Positions 39,663 to 50,300 of a stretch of DNA of 64,000 nucleotides are shown here, piece after piece (the first letter of the stretch is position 1; the number at the start of each line of letters is the position of its first letter). The stretch is from an uncultured Clostridia bacterium (GTDB taxonomy: Bacteria > Bacillota > Clostridia > Christensenellales > UBA1242). The notes below the pieces were generated by a model. The model searched no databases, had not been told where the DNA came from, and saw only the letters and a list, made by a program, of their open reading frames with translations. The position numbers and the translations under genes are program-made. The DNA lies in assembly GCA_948442695.1 (NCBI GenBank), contig CAOJSF010000001.1, forward strand, positions 73,342 through 137,341, read 5' to 3'.

Positions 39663-40838
39663 ATGTCAAAAAAAGTTTATTTAGATTATGCTTCAACAAC
39701 CTATGTTTCAAGTGAAGTCTTGAATGAAATGCTTCCTTGCTTCAATGCAGTTTATGGCAATTCAAATTCGCTTCATAGTTATGGAAGAGAGGCTTCAAGT
39801 CTTGTTGACAGAGCAAGAGACCGTATTAAAAATGCTATCGGTGCTGAAAAATCAAATGAAATTTACTTTACTTCAGGTGGGACTGAGGCAAACAACTGGG
39901 CAATCAAAGGCATTGCTCACGCATATTCAGAAAAGGGAAAACATATCATTGTAAGTAAGATTGAACATAAGTCACTTTTAGATGCTTGTGCTTCACTTGA
40001 AGAGGAGGGATTTGAAGTTTCTTATCTTCCTGTTGATAAGCATGGTCTTGTGAATATGGGAGAACTTATCCATCTTATAAGAAAAGATACAATCCTTGTT
40101 TCTATCATGGCAGTAAACAATGAAATAGGCACAATTCAAAATATCAAAGCCATTGCAAAGATTTGTCATGATTATAATGTGCTTTTCCATACTGATGCTT
40201 CACAAGCCATAGGTGCAATTAAAATCAATGTCAAAGACATGGAAATTGACGCGATGACTATGACTGCTCATAAAATTTATGGACCAAAAGGCGTTGGTGC
40301 TTTATATCTTAAGGATGGCATCAGAATTGAAAACCTTATCTATGGTGGAAGTCAAGAAAGAGGAAAGAGAGGCGGAACAGTCAATGTCCCTTCAGTTGTT
40401 GGATTTGGCAGAGCCGTTGAAAGTGCAAATAGAGACATCATGATAAATCAACAAAAGGTCAGAAATGTAAGAGAATATTTCCTTAAGAATGTCAACGAAA
40501 GAATCCCTTATGTCACTGTAAATGGTCATCCTATTCAAAAGGTAAATGGAATATTAAACCTTTGCTTTGAAATGGTTGATAAAGAATCTCTTTTAATGCT
40601 TCTTGATATTGAAGGCGTTGCAGTTTCTGCTGGTTCTGCTTGCACATCAAATTCAACTCTTCAATCTCATGTTTTGAAGGCTATCGGAATAAGTGATGAA
40701 TTTGCAAATAGTTCTATTCGTTTCTCATTTGGCAAAAACACAACAAAGGCAGACCTTGACTTTGCTATTGACGCTCTTGTAAAATCAGTTGAAAGACTCA
40801 GGTCTATTTCGGCTCTTACTAAAGCAGGGAGGAAATAA
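39663..40838 (+). CDS. nifS: Cysteine desulfurase (NifS/IscS class V aminotransferase)
   Basis: YLDYASTT..., HKIYGPKG PLP-lysine block and SAGSACTS catalytic Cys loop. Confidence 0.85.
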   Translation: MSKKVYLDYASTTYVSSEVLNEMLPCFNAVYGNSNSLHSYGREASSLVDRARDRIKNAIGAEKSNEIYFTSGGTEANNWAIKGIAHAYSEKGKHIIVSKIEHKSLLDACASLEEEGFEVSYLPVDKHGLVNMGELIHLIRKDTILVSIMAVNNEIGTIQNIKAIAKICHDYNVLFHTDASQAIGAIKINVKDMEIDAMTMTAHKIYGPKGVGALYLKDGIRIENLIYGGSQERGKRGGTVNVPSVVGFGRAVESANRDIMINQQKVRNVREYFLKNVNERIPYVTVNGHPIQKVNGILNLCFEMVDKESLLMLLDIEGVAVSAGSACTSNSTLQSHVLKAIGISDEFANSSIRFSFGKNTTKADLDFAIDALVKSVERLRSISALTKAGRK

Positions 40839-40840
40839 TT

Positions 40841-41233
40841 ATGTTTAATGAACGCATTATGAAAAGATTTACAAATCCAAAATATGCTGGCGGACTTAGA
40901 GGTGCAAATGGTACTGGAAGAAGTGGTGACAGCGAATGTGGCGACCTTATCAAAATCTATATTCTTGTAAATGACGAAAATGTCATAACTGAAGCAAAGT
41001 TTAAGGCGTATGGCGGTGTTTGCACCATCGTTGCCTGCGATATTGCTTGCGGACTTATTGAAGGTCGTTCTCTTGAGGCGGCTTTAAGGACAAATTATTA
41101 TCAAATCCTTGAAGAAATGGGTCAGGTTCCTGAAAATAGAGAATATACTGCAACTCTTGCAGAAGAGGCTATCAAAAATGCCATTGATGATTTCTATAAG
41201 AAGAAAGAAAAAGATTTGAAAGGCAAAAAATAA
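40841..41233 (+). CDS. nifU: Fe-S cluster scaffold protein, NifU/IscU-like
   Basis: NPKYAG...GDSECGDLI...AYGGVCTIVACD. Lies 3 nt after nifS. Confidence 0.8.
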   Translation: MFNERIMKRFTNPKYAGGLRGANGTGRSGDSECGDLIKIYILVNDENVITEAKFKAYGGVCTIVACDIACGLIEGRSLEAALRTNYYQILEEMGQVPENREYTATLAEEAIKNAIDDFYKKKEKDLKGKK

Positions 41234-41468
41234 TAATATAAAAAGATATGGTGATTTCCATGTCTTTTTTATTAAAAATTTTTTTAGTTTACATCATCAA
41301 AGTAAAATTAATACTCTTATGGACATCTTAAAGTAAATTAGTTAAATGAAGGCATTATTAAATTAAACAAACAATATACAAAAAACACATATAAACATTT
41401 TTATTATTTGTTCTGAAATTATGTATAATATAACTTGATTTGCACAAAATAAGCATAAGGAGGGTGAT

Positions 41469-41639
41469 ATGAAAGATGTTTTGATGTTACTGGGCTTTAG
41501 TATGGGGCTTGTAACTGGTGCATTATTATATAAATACTCTGAATGTGCTAAGCAAGCAGTAGATAAAAGCGAAAAAGCAGTCATGAAAGAAGTTGACAAA
41601 CTTGAACAAAAAGCAAAAAAACTAAATAAAGAGAATTAA
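41469..41639 (+). CDS. Small membrane-anchored protein, 56 aa
   Basis: AAGGAGGG RBS. One hydrophobic helix (LMLLGFSMGLVTGALLY) followed by a charged coiled tail. Below the ORF-track length cutoff. Confidence 0.5.
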   Translation: MKDVLMLLGFSMGLVTGALLYKYSECAKQAVDKSEKAVMKEVDKLEQKAKKLNKEN

Positions 41640-41885
41640 AAAAAAGGCTGTTAGTCATTCAATTTTGAAACTAGCGGAATAATAAAAGAAAAACATAGAC
41701 AAAAACAGCCTATGTTTTCTTTTTGCTCCTAACTTTCTCTTAACTGCAAAATAAAGCGAATGCTTCTGCCGTTGTCACAGGTTGTCGTTCAAATAACAAA
41801 CCTAACAATCATAAGACACTCGCATTGACCTTGACAACAAAGAATATTCGTTTACACTAGAAGAATAGAGAGAAGAAAACAAAAA

Positions 41886-42011
41886 GCAAAAGAGCGGTCT
41901 GCGTTACGCTCTGCCAGCAACCGCTCTTTTGCAACAAAATTAGTTTGTTAGGCGTGTGCTTGTCTGCTGGAGCGAAGCGACAGCACTTGTATAAGACAAG
42001 CACACGCCTAA
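41886..42011 (-). other. GC-rich double-hairpin element; candidate small RNA or regulatory structure upstream of the RM operon
   Basis: A 12-bp perfect stem (41886-41897 / 41921-41932) and a 17-bp perfect stem (41948-41964 / 41995-42011). On the minus strand the first stem is followed by a T-run. Confidence 0.4.
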
Positions 42012-42112
42012 ATGCCAAATTAAAAAAGTTTAATATTTTTTGATTTTAATAGCCCAAATTTCGATGTTATATGTTATAATATAATTCATATAGAGATATT
42101 AAGGAAAAATAT

Positions 42113-43105
42113 ATGAAAGTTGTTAGTTTTTTCTCTGGAGCCGGCGGTCTTGATTTAGGTTTTGAACAAGCGGGCTTTAAAATCATTTATGCAAATGAAT
42201 TTGATAAAACCATTTGGGAAACTTATGAAAAAAATCATAAGGCTTTTTTGGATAAAAGAGATATTAGAGAAATAAAATCTGAGGAAATACCTGATTGCGA
42301 TGGTATTATTGGTGGTCCACCATGTCAAAGTTGGAGTGAAGCTGGCAAGATGAAAGGATTTGCTGATGCTCGTGGTCAATTATTTTTCGAGTTTATAAGA
42401 ATATTAAAAGACAAACAGCCTAAATTTTTTGTAGCAGAAAATGTTGTTGGAATGCTTTCTTCTGCTCATGGAGATGCCGTTCAAAACATACTAAAATTGT
42501 TTGATGAGGCAAATTACGATGTGTCATTAACATTAGTAAACGCATCCGATTATGGAGTTCCTCAAGATAGAAAAAGGGTTTTTTACATCGGCTTTAGGAA
42601 AGATTTAAAGATAAACAACTTTCAACTAAATTTACAAAAACAGCCTAAAGTTCCACTCAAAAATGTTATTTGGGATTTAAAAGACAATGTTTTACCAGCA
42701 AAATCATTAAACAAAACTAATGGTGATGAATGCAAAATCAGTAATCATGAATATTTAACGGGTTCCTTCTCAACAATTTTTATGTCTAGAAATAGAGTTA
42801 GGTCTTGGGATGAACCTTCTTTTACAATACAGGCTGGTGGTCGCCATGCACCTATTCATCCACAAGCACCTAAAATGCTATTCGTTGAACAAAACAAAAG
42901 AGTTTTTGTACCAGGACAAGAAAATTTATATAGAAGATTAAGTGTTCGAGAATGTGCTAGAATACAAACATTCCCTGATGACTTTAAATTTTATTATAGA
43001 GATGTTGTTGATGGTTATAAAATGATTGGTAATGCTGTTCCTGTTAAATTAGCAAAGCAAGTTGCTGAGTGTATTATTGATGCATTGAAAGATGCGAAGG
43101 AGTAA
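42113..43105 (+). CDS. DNA (cytosine-5)-methyltransferase, M.HaeIII-like
   Basis: [34 protein letters not shown] and GNAVPV motifs. Near-colinear with M.HaeIII (same length) as I recall that sequence. Confidence 0.9.
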   Translation: MKVVSFFSGAGGLDLGFEQAGFKIIYANEFDKTIWETYEKNHKAFLDKRDIREIKSEEIPDCDGIIGGPPCQSWSEAGKMKGFADARGQLFFEFIRILKDKQPKFFVAENVVGMLSSAHGDAVQNILKLFDEANYDVSLTLVNASDYGVPQDRKRVFYIGFRKDLKINNFQLNLQKQPKVPLKNVIWDLKDNVLPAKSLNKTNGDECKISNHEYLTGSFSTIFMSRNRVRSWDEPSFTIQAGGRHAPIHPQAPKMLFVEQNKRVFVPGQENLYRRLSVRECARIQTFPDDFKFYYRDVVDGYKMIGNAVPVKLAKQVAECIIDALKDAKE

Positions 43106-43109
43106 AATT

Positions 43110-44063
43110 ATGAGTGTACAGAGTAATAATCAAGGTCGTGCATACGAATACATTTGCTTATTGACTTTAAATGAAGAAATAAATAAAATTCGTAAATCTC
43201 AAATCGTTGAAAACAGTGCATATCATGCTGCACAAAATGCTTGGAATTCAGTGGATTCAGCATTTCAATCAATATTGAAAGAAAGTGCAAAAGCAGCCGT
43301 TGCCACTATTTTTGATATGGAACCCATGATAATTGAAAAAAGCAATGATGTTTTGACTTTAAAAATTCAAACTGACAATGAAGGTAAAGAAGGCGATGTT
43401 AGAGATATTTTAATATCTCGCAGTGATGTTTGTTGGGAAATTGGTTTAAGCATTAAGCATAATCATTTTGCAGTAAAACATAGTAGACTTGGAAAATCTT
43501 TAGACTTCGGTAAAAAATGGTTTAATATCCCTTGCTCTACTATTTATTGGAATGATATTAAATCTATATTCGATTATTTAGAAGCTCAAAAATCGGAAAA
43601 TAAAAATTGGAATGAACTTCCATCAAAAGATAAAGACGTATATGTTCCATTATTAAAAGCTTTCATAAACGAGATTAAAAAAAGTACGCAAATAGATTCA
43701 AGTGTTCCTAGAAAAATGGTTGAGTATTTGCTTGGAGAATTTGATTTTTATAAAGTTATTAGTATTGATTCTAAAAGACTTACACAAATTCAGTCATATA
43801 ATTTGCACGGCAAATTAAATCAGTCGACCAGAACAATTACACCGAAAATTAAAGTGCCTGTTGTATTGTTGCCAACTAGAATTGTAAGCTTTGATTTTAA
43901 GCCTAATAGTTCAAATACAGTTGAGTTATATATGGATGGCGGCTGGCAGTTTAATTTTAGAATACATAACGCATCAACAAAAGTCGAAACAAGTTTAAAA
44001 TTTGATATTCAAATTATAGGAATGCCAACTACAATTATTTCAATAAATTGCAGTTGGAAATAG
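43110..44063 (+). CDS. Type II restriction endonuclease, probable HaeIII family
   Basis: Follows the methylase by 4 nt, preceded by GAAGGAG. The size and position fit an R subunit. The family call is by association and weak memory. Confidence 0.6.
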   Translation: MSVQSNNQGRAYEYICLLTLNEEINKIRKSQIVENSAYHAAQNAWNSVDSAFQSILKESAKAAVATIFDMEPMIIEKSNDVLTLKIQTDNEGKEGDVRDILISRSDVCWEIGLSIKHNHFAVKHSRLGKSLDFGKKWFNIPCSTIYWNDIKSIFDYLEAQKSENKNWNELPSKDKDVYVPLLKAFINEIKKSTQIDSSVPRKMVEYLLGEFDFYKVISIDSKRLTQIQSYNLHGKLNQSTRTITPKIKVPVVLLPTRIVSFDFKPNSSNTVELYMDGGWQFNFRIHNASTKVETSLKFDIQIIGMPTTIISINCSWK

Positions 44064-44076
44064 AAACGGAGAAATT

Positions 44077-45306
44077 ATGGATAGTAATAAAGAAAAAATT
44101 ATATATCCAGAATGGATGGATAAATATTTTAAAGATAATCAAGTTGAAATAAAAAGATTGCCAGATGATTTTAGAATTATTGACAAACAAGCATTACCAA
44201 ATAAATCTATAAAAACAACTAAACAATTTGTTCAATATTTAGAAACTGAAGCAAATTTTTGGAATTATGATAACATTAAAAACAATATTTTAGTATCTAG
44301 TTACTGCCAAATAATTAAGACTTCTTTATCAAATATTAATACAATAAGAAATTCAGATGATTCTGAAGGTAATAAAAGACTATTTAGAGAATCAGTTGTA
44401 TCTTTTGTTAATGGTTGTCAAATATCATCTAGTACAAATTTGGCAAAGTGGTTTAAAACTTTTGCAAATAAAAGTCAGTATTTTTTCTACGGGTTTAAAG
44501 ATGCAATAATAAATACATCTTCTGGGTATACTAACTATACACAATGGCACGAAGGGTTTTATTACGGGATGGAATACAAAAATGCCATACAAAGTATAGA
44601 AATTTTAGTTTCAAATTATGGACTTTCCTATAAAGAAGCTTTTGAGAAAACTGAAAAAGAGCTGAACGAACTTGTAGAAAATTCAAGCAACTTATTTTAT
44701 AATCAGCAGAAAGAAATAGTTGAACTTAAAACATCAACAATTAAAGAAATTGAAGAAGAGAAAAAACAATTTCTAGAATACAAAAATCAAAAAGAAAAAG
44801 AATTAACAGATTTAGAAAATTTATATCAAGAGAAATTAAAACTTTCTAAACCCGCTGAATATTGGAAAAAGATGTCAAAATCTTATACTAAAAGTGGGAG
44901 TATTTGGTTAGTAATCAGTGCATTAATTGCATTAGGTACTATCGCAGGTCTAGCATTAATAATAGTTTATACACCTAATTTGTTTGAAAAGAATGCATAT
45001 TGGTTGGACCTTGTAAAAGATACTGCTTTACTAACTGTTATAACAAGTGTTGCAATTTATATACTACGCATAACTATTAAGTTATCTTTAAGTTCATTCC
45101 ATCTTTCTAGGGATGCTCGAGAACGGGAACAATTATCGTATTTTTATTTATCTCTTATGGAATCTAAGGGAATTACTGAAAAAGAAAGAGCGTTGATAAT
45201 AAATTCATTATTTAGCCGTTCGGATACAGGTCTTCTGAAGGGCGAAGCTGCACCTTCTATGACAGCAAATATTACTGATTTACTTGATAAGGATAAATCT
45301 AAATAA
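44077..45306 (+). CDS. Hypothetical coiled-coil protein with two C-terminal transmembrane helices
   Basis: Lies 13 nt after the REase. Coiled coil around KELNELVEN...EEEKKQFLEYKNQKEKELTDLENLYQEKL. TM helices IWLVISALIALGTIAGLALIIVY and ALLTVITSVAIYILRITI, then a conserved-looking HLSRDAREREQLSYFYLSL tail. Confidence 0.6.
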   Translation: MDSNKEKIIYPEWMDKYFKDNQVEIKRLPDDFRIIDKQALPNKSIKTTKQFVQYLETEANFWNYDNIKNNILVSSYCQIIKTSLSNINTIRNSDDSEGNKRLFRESVVSFVNGCQISSSTNLAKWFKTFANKSQYFFYGFKDAIINTSSGYTNYTQWHEGFYYGMEYKNAIQSIEILVSNYGLSYKEAFEKTEKELNELVENSSNLFYNQQKEIVELKTSTIKEIEEEKKQFLEYKNQKEKELTDLENLYQEKLKLSKPAEYWKKMSKSYTKSGSIWLVISALIALGTIAGLALIIVYTPNLFEKNAYWLDLVKDTALLTVITSVAIYILRITIKLSLSSFHLSRDAREREQLSYFYLSLMESKGITEKERALIINSLFSRSDTGLLKGEAAPSMTANITDLLDKDKSK

Positions 45307-45335
45307 GTCTTTATAAATAATATGTTTACTACAAT

Positions 45336-45371
45336 AAAAAATGCTTTATCAAAAATGATAAAGCATTTTTT
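45336..45371 (+). terminator. Terminator after the RM-linked gene
   Basis: ATGCTTTATC-AAAAAT-GATAAAGCAT hairpin plus a T-run. Confidence 0.75.
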
Positions 45372-45696
45372 GCTAGTTTCAAAATTTATAGACCTTTAGC
45401 CTTTTTTTTTGTTTTCTTATCAAATATTGATTCTATAAAAATTTTTAAAAATAAAGATAGTTTATATTTATTTTTTTGATTTTTTACATATCATCAACAT
45501 AGGGCTGTATATGCTCAGATAAAAATCTTCATTTTAAAACATGGGTCAATAGAAATATGTTTGTTAATAGAAATAAATTGTCAATAAAAATATATTAGTC
45601 AACAGAGAAATATTAGTCAAAAGAAAATTTTAAGAGAAGCAATGTCATATATTTTAAAATTGCTGGCAACAAAAAAAGGTGGAAATAATCCACCTG

Positions 45697-45980
45697 TTAT
45701 ATTCAAGGCCGAGCATCCTAGTCCGATAAAACCTTACCAACTGCCTTATAAAATACAAACTCCACCAAAGCAACCTTATGGCACATCAAATGATCCTCTT
45801 AATGATGCTTCCGTCAGGACCTGACATGATTCAAGGGATTTAATTGCATAAGACCTTGATTTCAACGCCCATATTTTATACACATTTTTGACAAAATTAA
45901 ACCTCGCAAGGCATTCAATCCCACATATAGCGGATTGTGGGTAACAGAGCACCGCTAACTCTCCATCTAGCCCGACAAGA
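45697..45980 (-). ncRNA. ffs: Signal recognition particle RNA, large Bacillus type with an Alu domain
   Basis: The minus strand reads TCTTGTCGGGCTAGATGG...GCGGTGCTCTGTTACCC (Alu-domain-like) and GTCAGGTCCTGACGGAAGCATCATTAAG (domain IV motif). Upstream promoter TTGTAT-17-TATAAT with TG, and a hairpin terminator at 45671-45696. Confidence 0.8.
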
Positions 45981-46094
45981 GTATTATATCACAAATTTTA
46001 AAAAAATACAATAAAATGTATTAATTTAAGTAAATAAGTTTGTAAGATTTTGTAATTTTTGATATACTAATTTAGATTAAAGAGGAGAAAACAG

Positions 46095-46823
46095 GTGAAC
46101 AAGGAAGAGAAATCGAATGCTAAGCGTTTTTTAGACGCATACAACAACATTGATTATGCACTTAAAACAAGATATAATCTCAATCGTGCAATGGGATTTT
46201 CAGACCTTATAAGAAAATCAGTCGTTGTAAATTATGTTGTGAGAAAATATGAAGATGAACTTATTGATTATGGCAGACTAAGAAATGCAATTATTCACAA
46301 CAACAATGAAGATTATGTGATTGCCGAGCCACATAGTGCTGTTGTTGAAAAGATTGAACATATTGAAAGACTTTTGACAACACCTCCACTTGCCATTGAA
46401 AGTGTTGCACAGAAGAATGTTGTGATCACTTATGCCGAGAAAAGTATGCGTGATGTGATTGAACTTATTGCATCTTCGGGTTTCAGCAATATCCCAGTAT
46501 ACAAAAACAATAGGCTTGTCGGTGTTGCAAATGGTCAAAAAATTTTACATTCTTTGGGAAATTTCTTGATTGCGGGAGGCAAGGAAAATATATTTTTAGA
46601 CAATGTCCAAATTGAGGATATGCTTTCAAGTTTAAACAACAGTATATATTATGTTGTCAAAAAAGCAGATTGCACAATAGAAGAAGCACTCAACGAATTT
46701 CATAAAAATCCAAAACTTCTTGCAATTTTATTTACAAAAAATGGTCAAAACACAGAATTGCCTTTGGGGATTATGACAGGGGCAAATGTGACACCAGCGC
46801 AGAAAATTTTGGAGGAATACTAA
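46095..46823 (+). CDS. CBS domain-containing protein
   Basis: GTG start after AGAGGAG. The C-terminal half has a CBS-pair pattern (VITYAEKSMRDVIELIASSGFSNIPVYKNNRLVGV ...). Confidence 0.5.
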   Translation: MNKEEKSNAKRFLDAYNNIDYALKTRYNLNRAMGFSDLIRKSVVVNYVVRKYEDELIDYGRLRNAIIHNNNEDYVIAEPHSAVVEKIEHIERLLTTPPLAIESVAQKNVVITYAEKSMRDVIELIASSGFSNIPVYKNNRLVGVANGQKILHSLGNFLIAGGKENIFLDNVQIEDMLSSLNNSIYYVVKKADCTIEEALNEFHKNPKLLAILFTKNGQNTELPLGIMTGANVTPAQKILEEY

Positions 46824-47020
46824 AAATTTGTTTTTTATGACATCTTTTTTAGCAAGTTTTATTGATTTTTTATAAAATTTTATATTCTTTTAATAAATTT
46901 TATAATATCTATAATCTTATTTTAATTAAGATTGAATATGATGACTATTAAAATATTTGTGGTAAAAAGAGTAGTGAAAAAAGTGTAAAATAATTTTTAA
47001 ATTTTGTTTGCTTATAATAA

Positions 47021-47049
47021 TTGACAAAAAAAAATTGTTATGATAAAAT
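47021..47049 (+). promoter_or_regulatory. Promoter of the ileS leader
   Basis: TTGACA, 17-nt spacer, TAAAAT, with an upstream TG (extended -10). Confidence 0.5.
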
Positions 47050-47055
47050 ATTTGT

Positions 47056-47375
47056 GTAATTTTTATTACTTTATTAAATGCGTTGATTAAGGACAACACT
47101 TTATCTTAAATTCCTTTTTTCAATTTGTTGAATTCATATTGAATGTAAGAGAGTTGCCGTTTGGTGGGAGGCAATAGGAAAGAGATAGGGTTATCACCTT
47201 AGGAGTTGCAAAGACGAACATAAATCTTTTGATTTATAATTAATTTTTGCCGGGTATTCCCGTAATAGAAGAGGCGGATGTTGGTCTGCAGTAAAGTATA
47301 CAAGTGGTATAAAAAGTCTCTAACAGGCTCTTGTGTCTTTTGGGGCTTTTTTTGTTTTTAAAGCCTATAAGAAAA
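47056..47375 (+). promoter_or_regulatory. T-box leader with an Ile (AUC) specifier
   Basis: Stem I motifs AGAGAG..GTTTGGTGGGA, a candidate specifier GGGTT-ATC-A-CC at 47193-47195, a UGGU-containing segment at 47305-47308 and a U-run at 47346-47353, directly upstream of ileS. I could not fold the terminator helix cleanly by eye. Confidence 0.6.
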
Positions 47376-47394
47376 TTTGCGTAAGGAGAATGAT

Positions 47395-50300
47395 ATGTAT
47401 AATAAAGTTGAAACCAAACTTGATTTTATCAAAAATGAAAACAAAATACTTGAATTTTGGGAAAAAAATGATGTTATAAATAAAGGTCTTGAGTTGAATA
47501 AGGGAAGTGACCGCAGTTATACCCTCTATGATGGTCCGCCAACTGCAAATGGCAAACCACATATAGGTCATCTTTTGACAAGGGCTATGAAAGATATCAT
47601 TCCTAGATATAAGGCAATGAAAGGCTTTTATATTCACCGTAAGGCAGGTTGGGACACTCATGGACTTCCTGTTGAGGTTGAAATTGAAAAGAAGTTGGGA
47701 CTCAATGGCAAGCAAGACATTGAAAAATATGGTGTTGATAGATTTATTAACCTTTGCAGAAATTCTGTTTGGGAATATAAAGGTATGTGGGAAAAATTTA
47801 CTAAGCGTGTTGGCTACTGGGTAGACATGGACAATCCTTATATCACATATGACAACAACTATATTGAAAGTATATTTTGGGCATTAAAGGAAATGGACAA
47901 GAAAAACCTTATTTATAAGGGACACAAAATTATGCCATATTGTCCTAGATGCGGGACTACGCTTTCAAAAATGGAAGTTGAAAATGGAGACAACTATAAA
48001 CTTCTTAAAGAAAACTCTATCTTTGTCAAGTTTAAAAGTTTGGAAGAGGAGAATACATCTTTTATTGTTTGGACAACTACTCCATGGACTTTGCCTTCAA
48101 ATGTTGCACTTTGTATGAATCCAAATGAAGTTTATTGCAAACTTGAGCATGATGGCAAATATTACATTATGCTTGAAAAACTTGTTTCGACATTGTTTGA
48201 AGAGGGCAGTTTCAATATTGTATATAGAAAGAAAGGTAAAGAATTTGAATTTCACAAATATCAACCACTTTTTGATTATGCTTTAAATGATGTCAAGAAA
48301 GGCTATTTTGTAATTGTTGATGATTATGTAACTACTGAGGACGGAACTGGTATCGTTCACATCGCACCTGCTTTTGGTGAAGATGACTATAATGCTTGCA
48401 AAAAATATGACATAGATTTTGTTCAACTTGTTGATGAAAATGGCAAAATGAGTGATAAAACCGATTTTGGTGGATTGTTTGTCAAAGACGCTGACAAGTT
48501 TGTAATTAAAAAACTTGAAGAAGAAGATAAAATGTTTAAAGTTTTGCCTTTTGAACATAATTATCCTCATTGCTGGCGTTGTAAGAGTCCGCTTCTATAT
48601 TACGCAAAGGATACATGGTTTATAAAGACCACTGCCTATAAAGATAAGATGGTTGAAAATAATAATTCTGTTTACTGGTGTCCTGAGCATATTAAGGCGG
48701 GAAGAATGGGAAATTTCCTTGCAAATAATATAGACTGGGGTATTTCAAGAAACAGATACTGGGGGACACCTTTGCCTTTCTGGATTTGTCCAAATGGTCA
48801 TATTCATGTTGTTGGAAGCATTGACGAATTTGAGAAATTGTCGGGCGTGCGACCTCAAGATTTGCACAAACCAACTCTTGACAAAATCTCTTTCCCATGT
48901 CCTGAATGTGGAAAGATGATGAAGAGGACACCAGAGGTTATGGATTGCTGGTTTGATAGCGGTGCAATGCCTTTTGCTCAATATCATTATCCTTTTGAAA
49001 ATAAAGAACTTTTTGAAAAATCTTTCCCTGCTGATTATATCAGTGAGGCAATAGACCAAACAAGAGGTTGGTTTTATACACTTCTTGCTGTCAATACTCC
49101 TTTATTTGAAAAATCGCCATATAAGGCTTGCAATCTTTTGGGACTTGTCCTTGATAAACATGGTCTCAAGATGTCAAAATCTCTAGGCAATGGTATTGAC
49201 CCATGGTCGGTGCTTGACAAAGAGGGGGCGGATGCTCTTAGATGGTATTTCTATAATAACTGTCTGCCAGGACAGGGACTTGCCTTTAATGAAGATAATT
49301 TGATTGATTTGCAAAGAAAATTTATGGGCACTCTTTGGAATGTTTACGCTTTCTATTGCTTGTATGCAGAGATTGACCAAATTGATCCTACAAAATATAG
49401 CCTGTCTGAGTGCAAACTTTCATTTCTCGATAAGTGGTTGTTGTCAGAGTATAACGCTCTTGTCAAGTTTGTTGATGAAAGTCTTGAAAAACTTGATATG
49501 TTGAATTCTTCTCGTAAAATAACTGAATTTGTTGACAAACTTTCAAATTGGTATATCAGACGCTCAAGAGAGAGATTCTGGGGAAGTGAGGAAAGTGATG
49601 ATAAAATTTCGGCATATAAGACTCTTTATGAGGTGCTTGTTGGTCTGTCAAAACTCATCGCACCATTCCTTCCGTTCTTGTCAGAAGAAATTTATCAGAA
49701 CCTGGTGAGAAATCTTGACAAAAATTCACCTATAAGTGTTCATTTCTGCTCTTTCCCTGAGGCGGATGAAAAGATGATTGATAATTCTCTTAATGAGGGC
49801 ATGGACAAAGTTCTTGAAATAGTGCTTTTAGGCAGAACTTGTCGTGCATCAAGTGGTGTGAAAAATCGTCAACCACTTTCAAAAGTTATGGTTTGTGCAA
49901 CTGATGAAATAAATTTGGATAAAGAATTAAAATCTCTTATTGAAGACGAACTTAATGTCGAAAATGTTGAAATTTTAGAAAAGGCAGATGAGTTTGTCTC
50001 TTATGAACTTAAACCTCAACTTAAAACTTTAGGTCCAAAATATGGTAAAAATTTGGGTGTTATCAGAGAATTCTTGTCAAATTGCGATGCAAGTGAGGTT
50101 GTTGCAAAGGTAAGATATGGTCAAAGTGTTTTGATAAATGCTCCAGATGGAAGCGAAATTGAGATTAATGAATGCGACCTTTTAATTACTCATAAAAACA
50201 AAGAAGGTTATGCTTCAGACTCAAATGGCGTGCTTACTGTTGTGCTTGATACCTCTTTAAGTGACGAACTTATTGAAAAAGGACTTGTAAATGAATTTGT

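Noticed and set aside
41363-41599. 78-aa minus-strand ORF.
   Set aside because: The + strand carries a better-supported 56-aa gene (41469-41639) with a strong RBS and a membrane helix. The minus-strand ORF lacks such signals.
45642-45824. 60-aa ORF on the + strand.
   Set aside because: It lies entirely antisense within a region that reads as a large SRP RNA on the minus strand, with its own promoter and terminator. It has no RBS.
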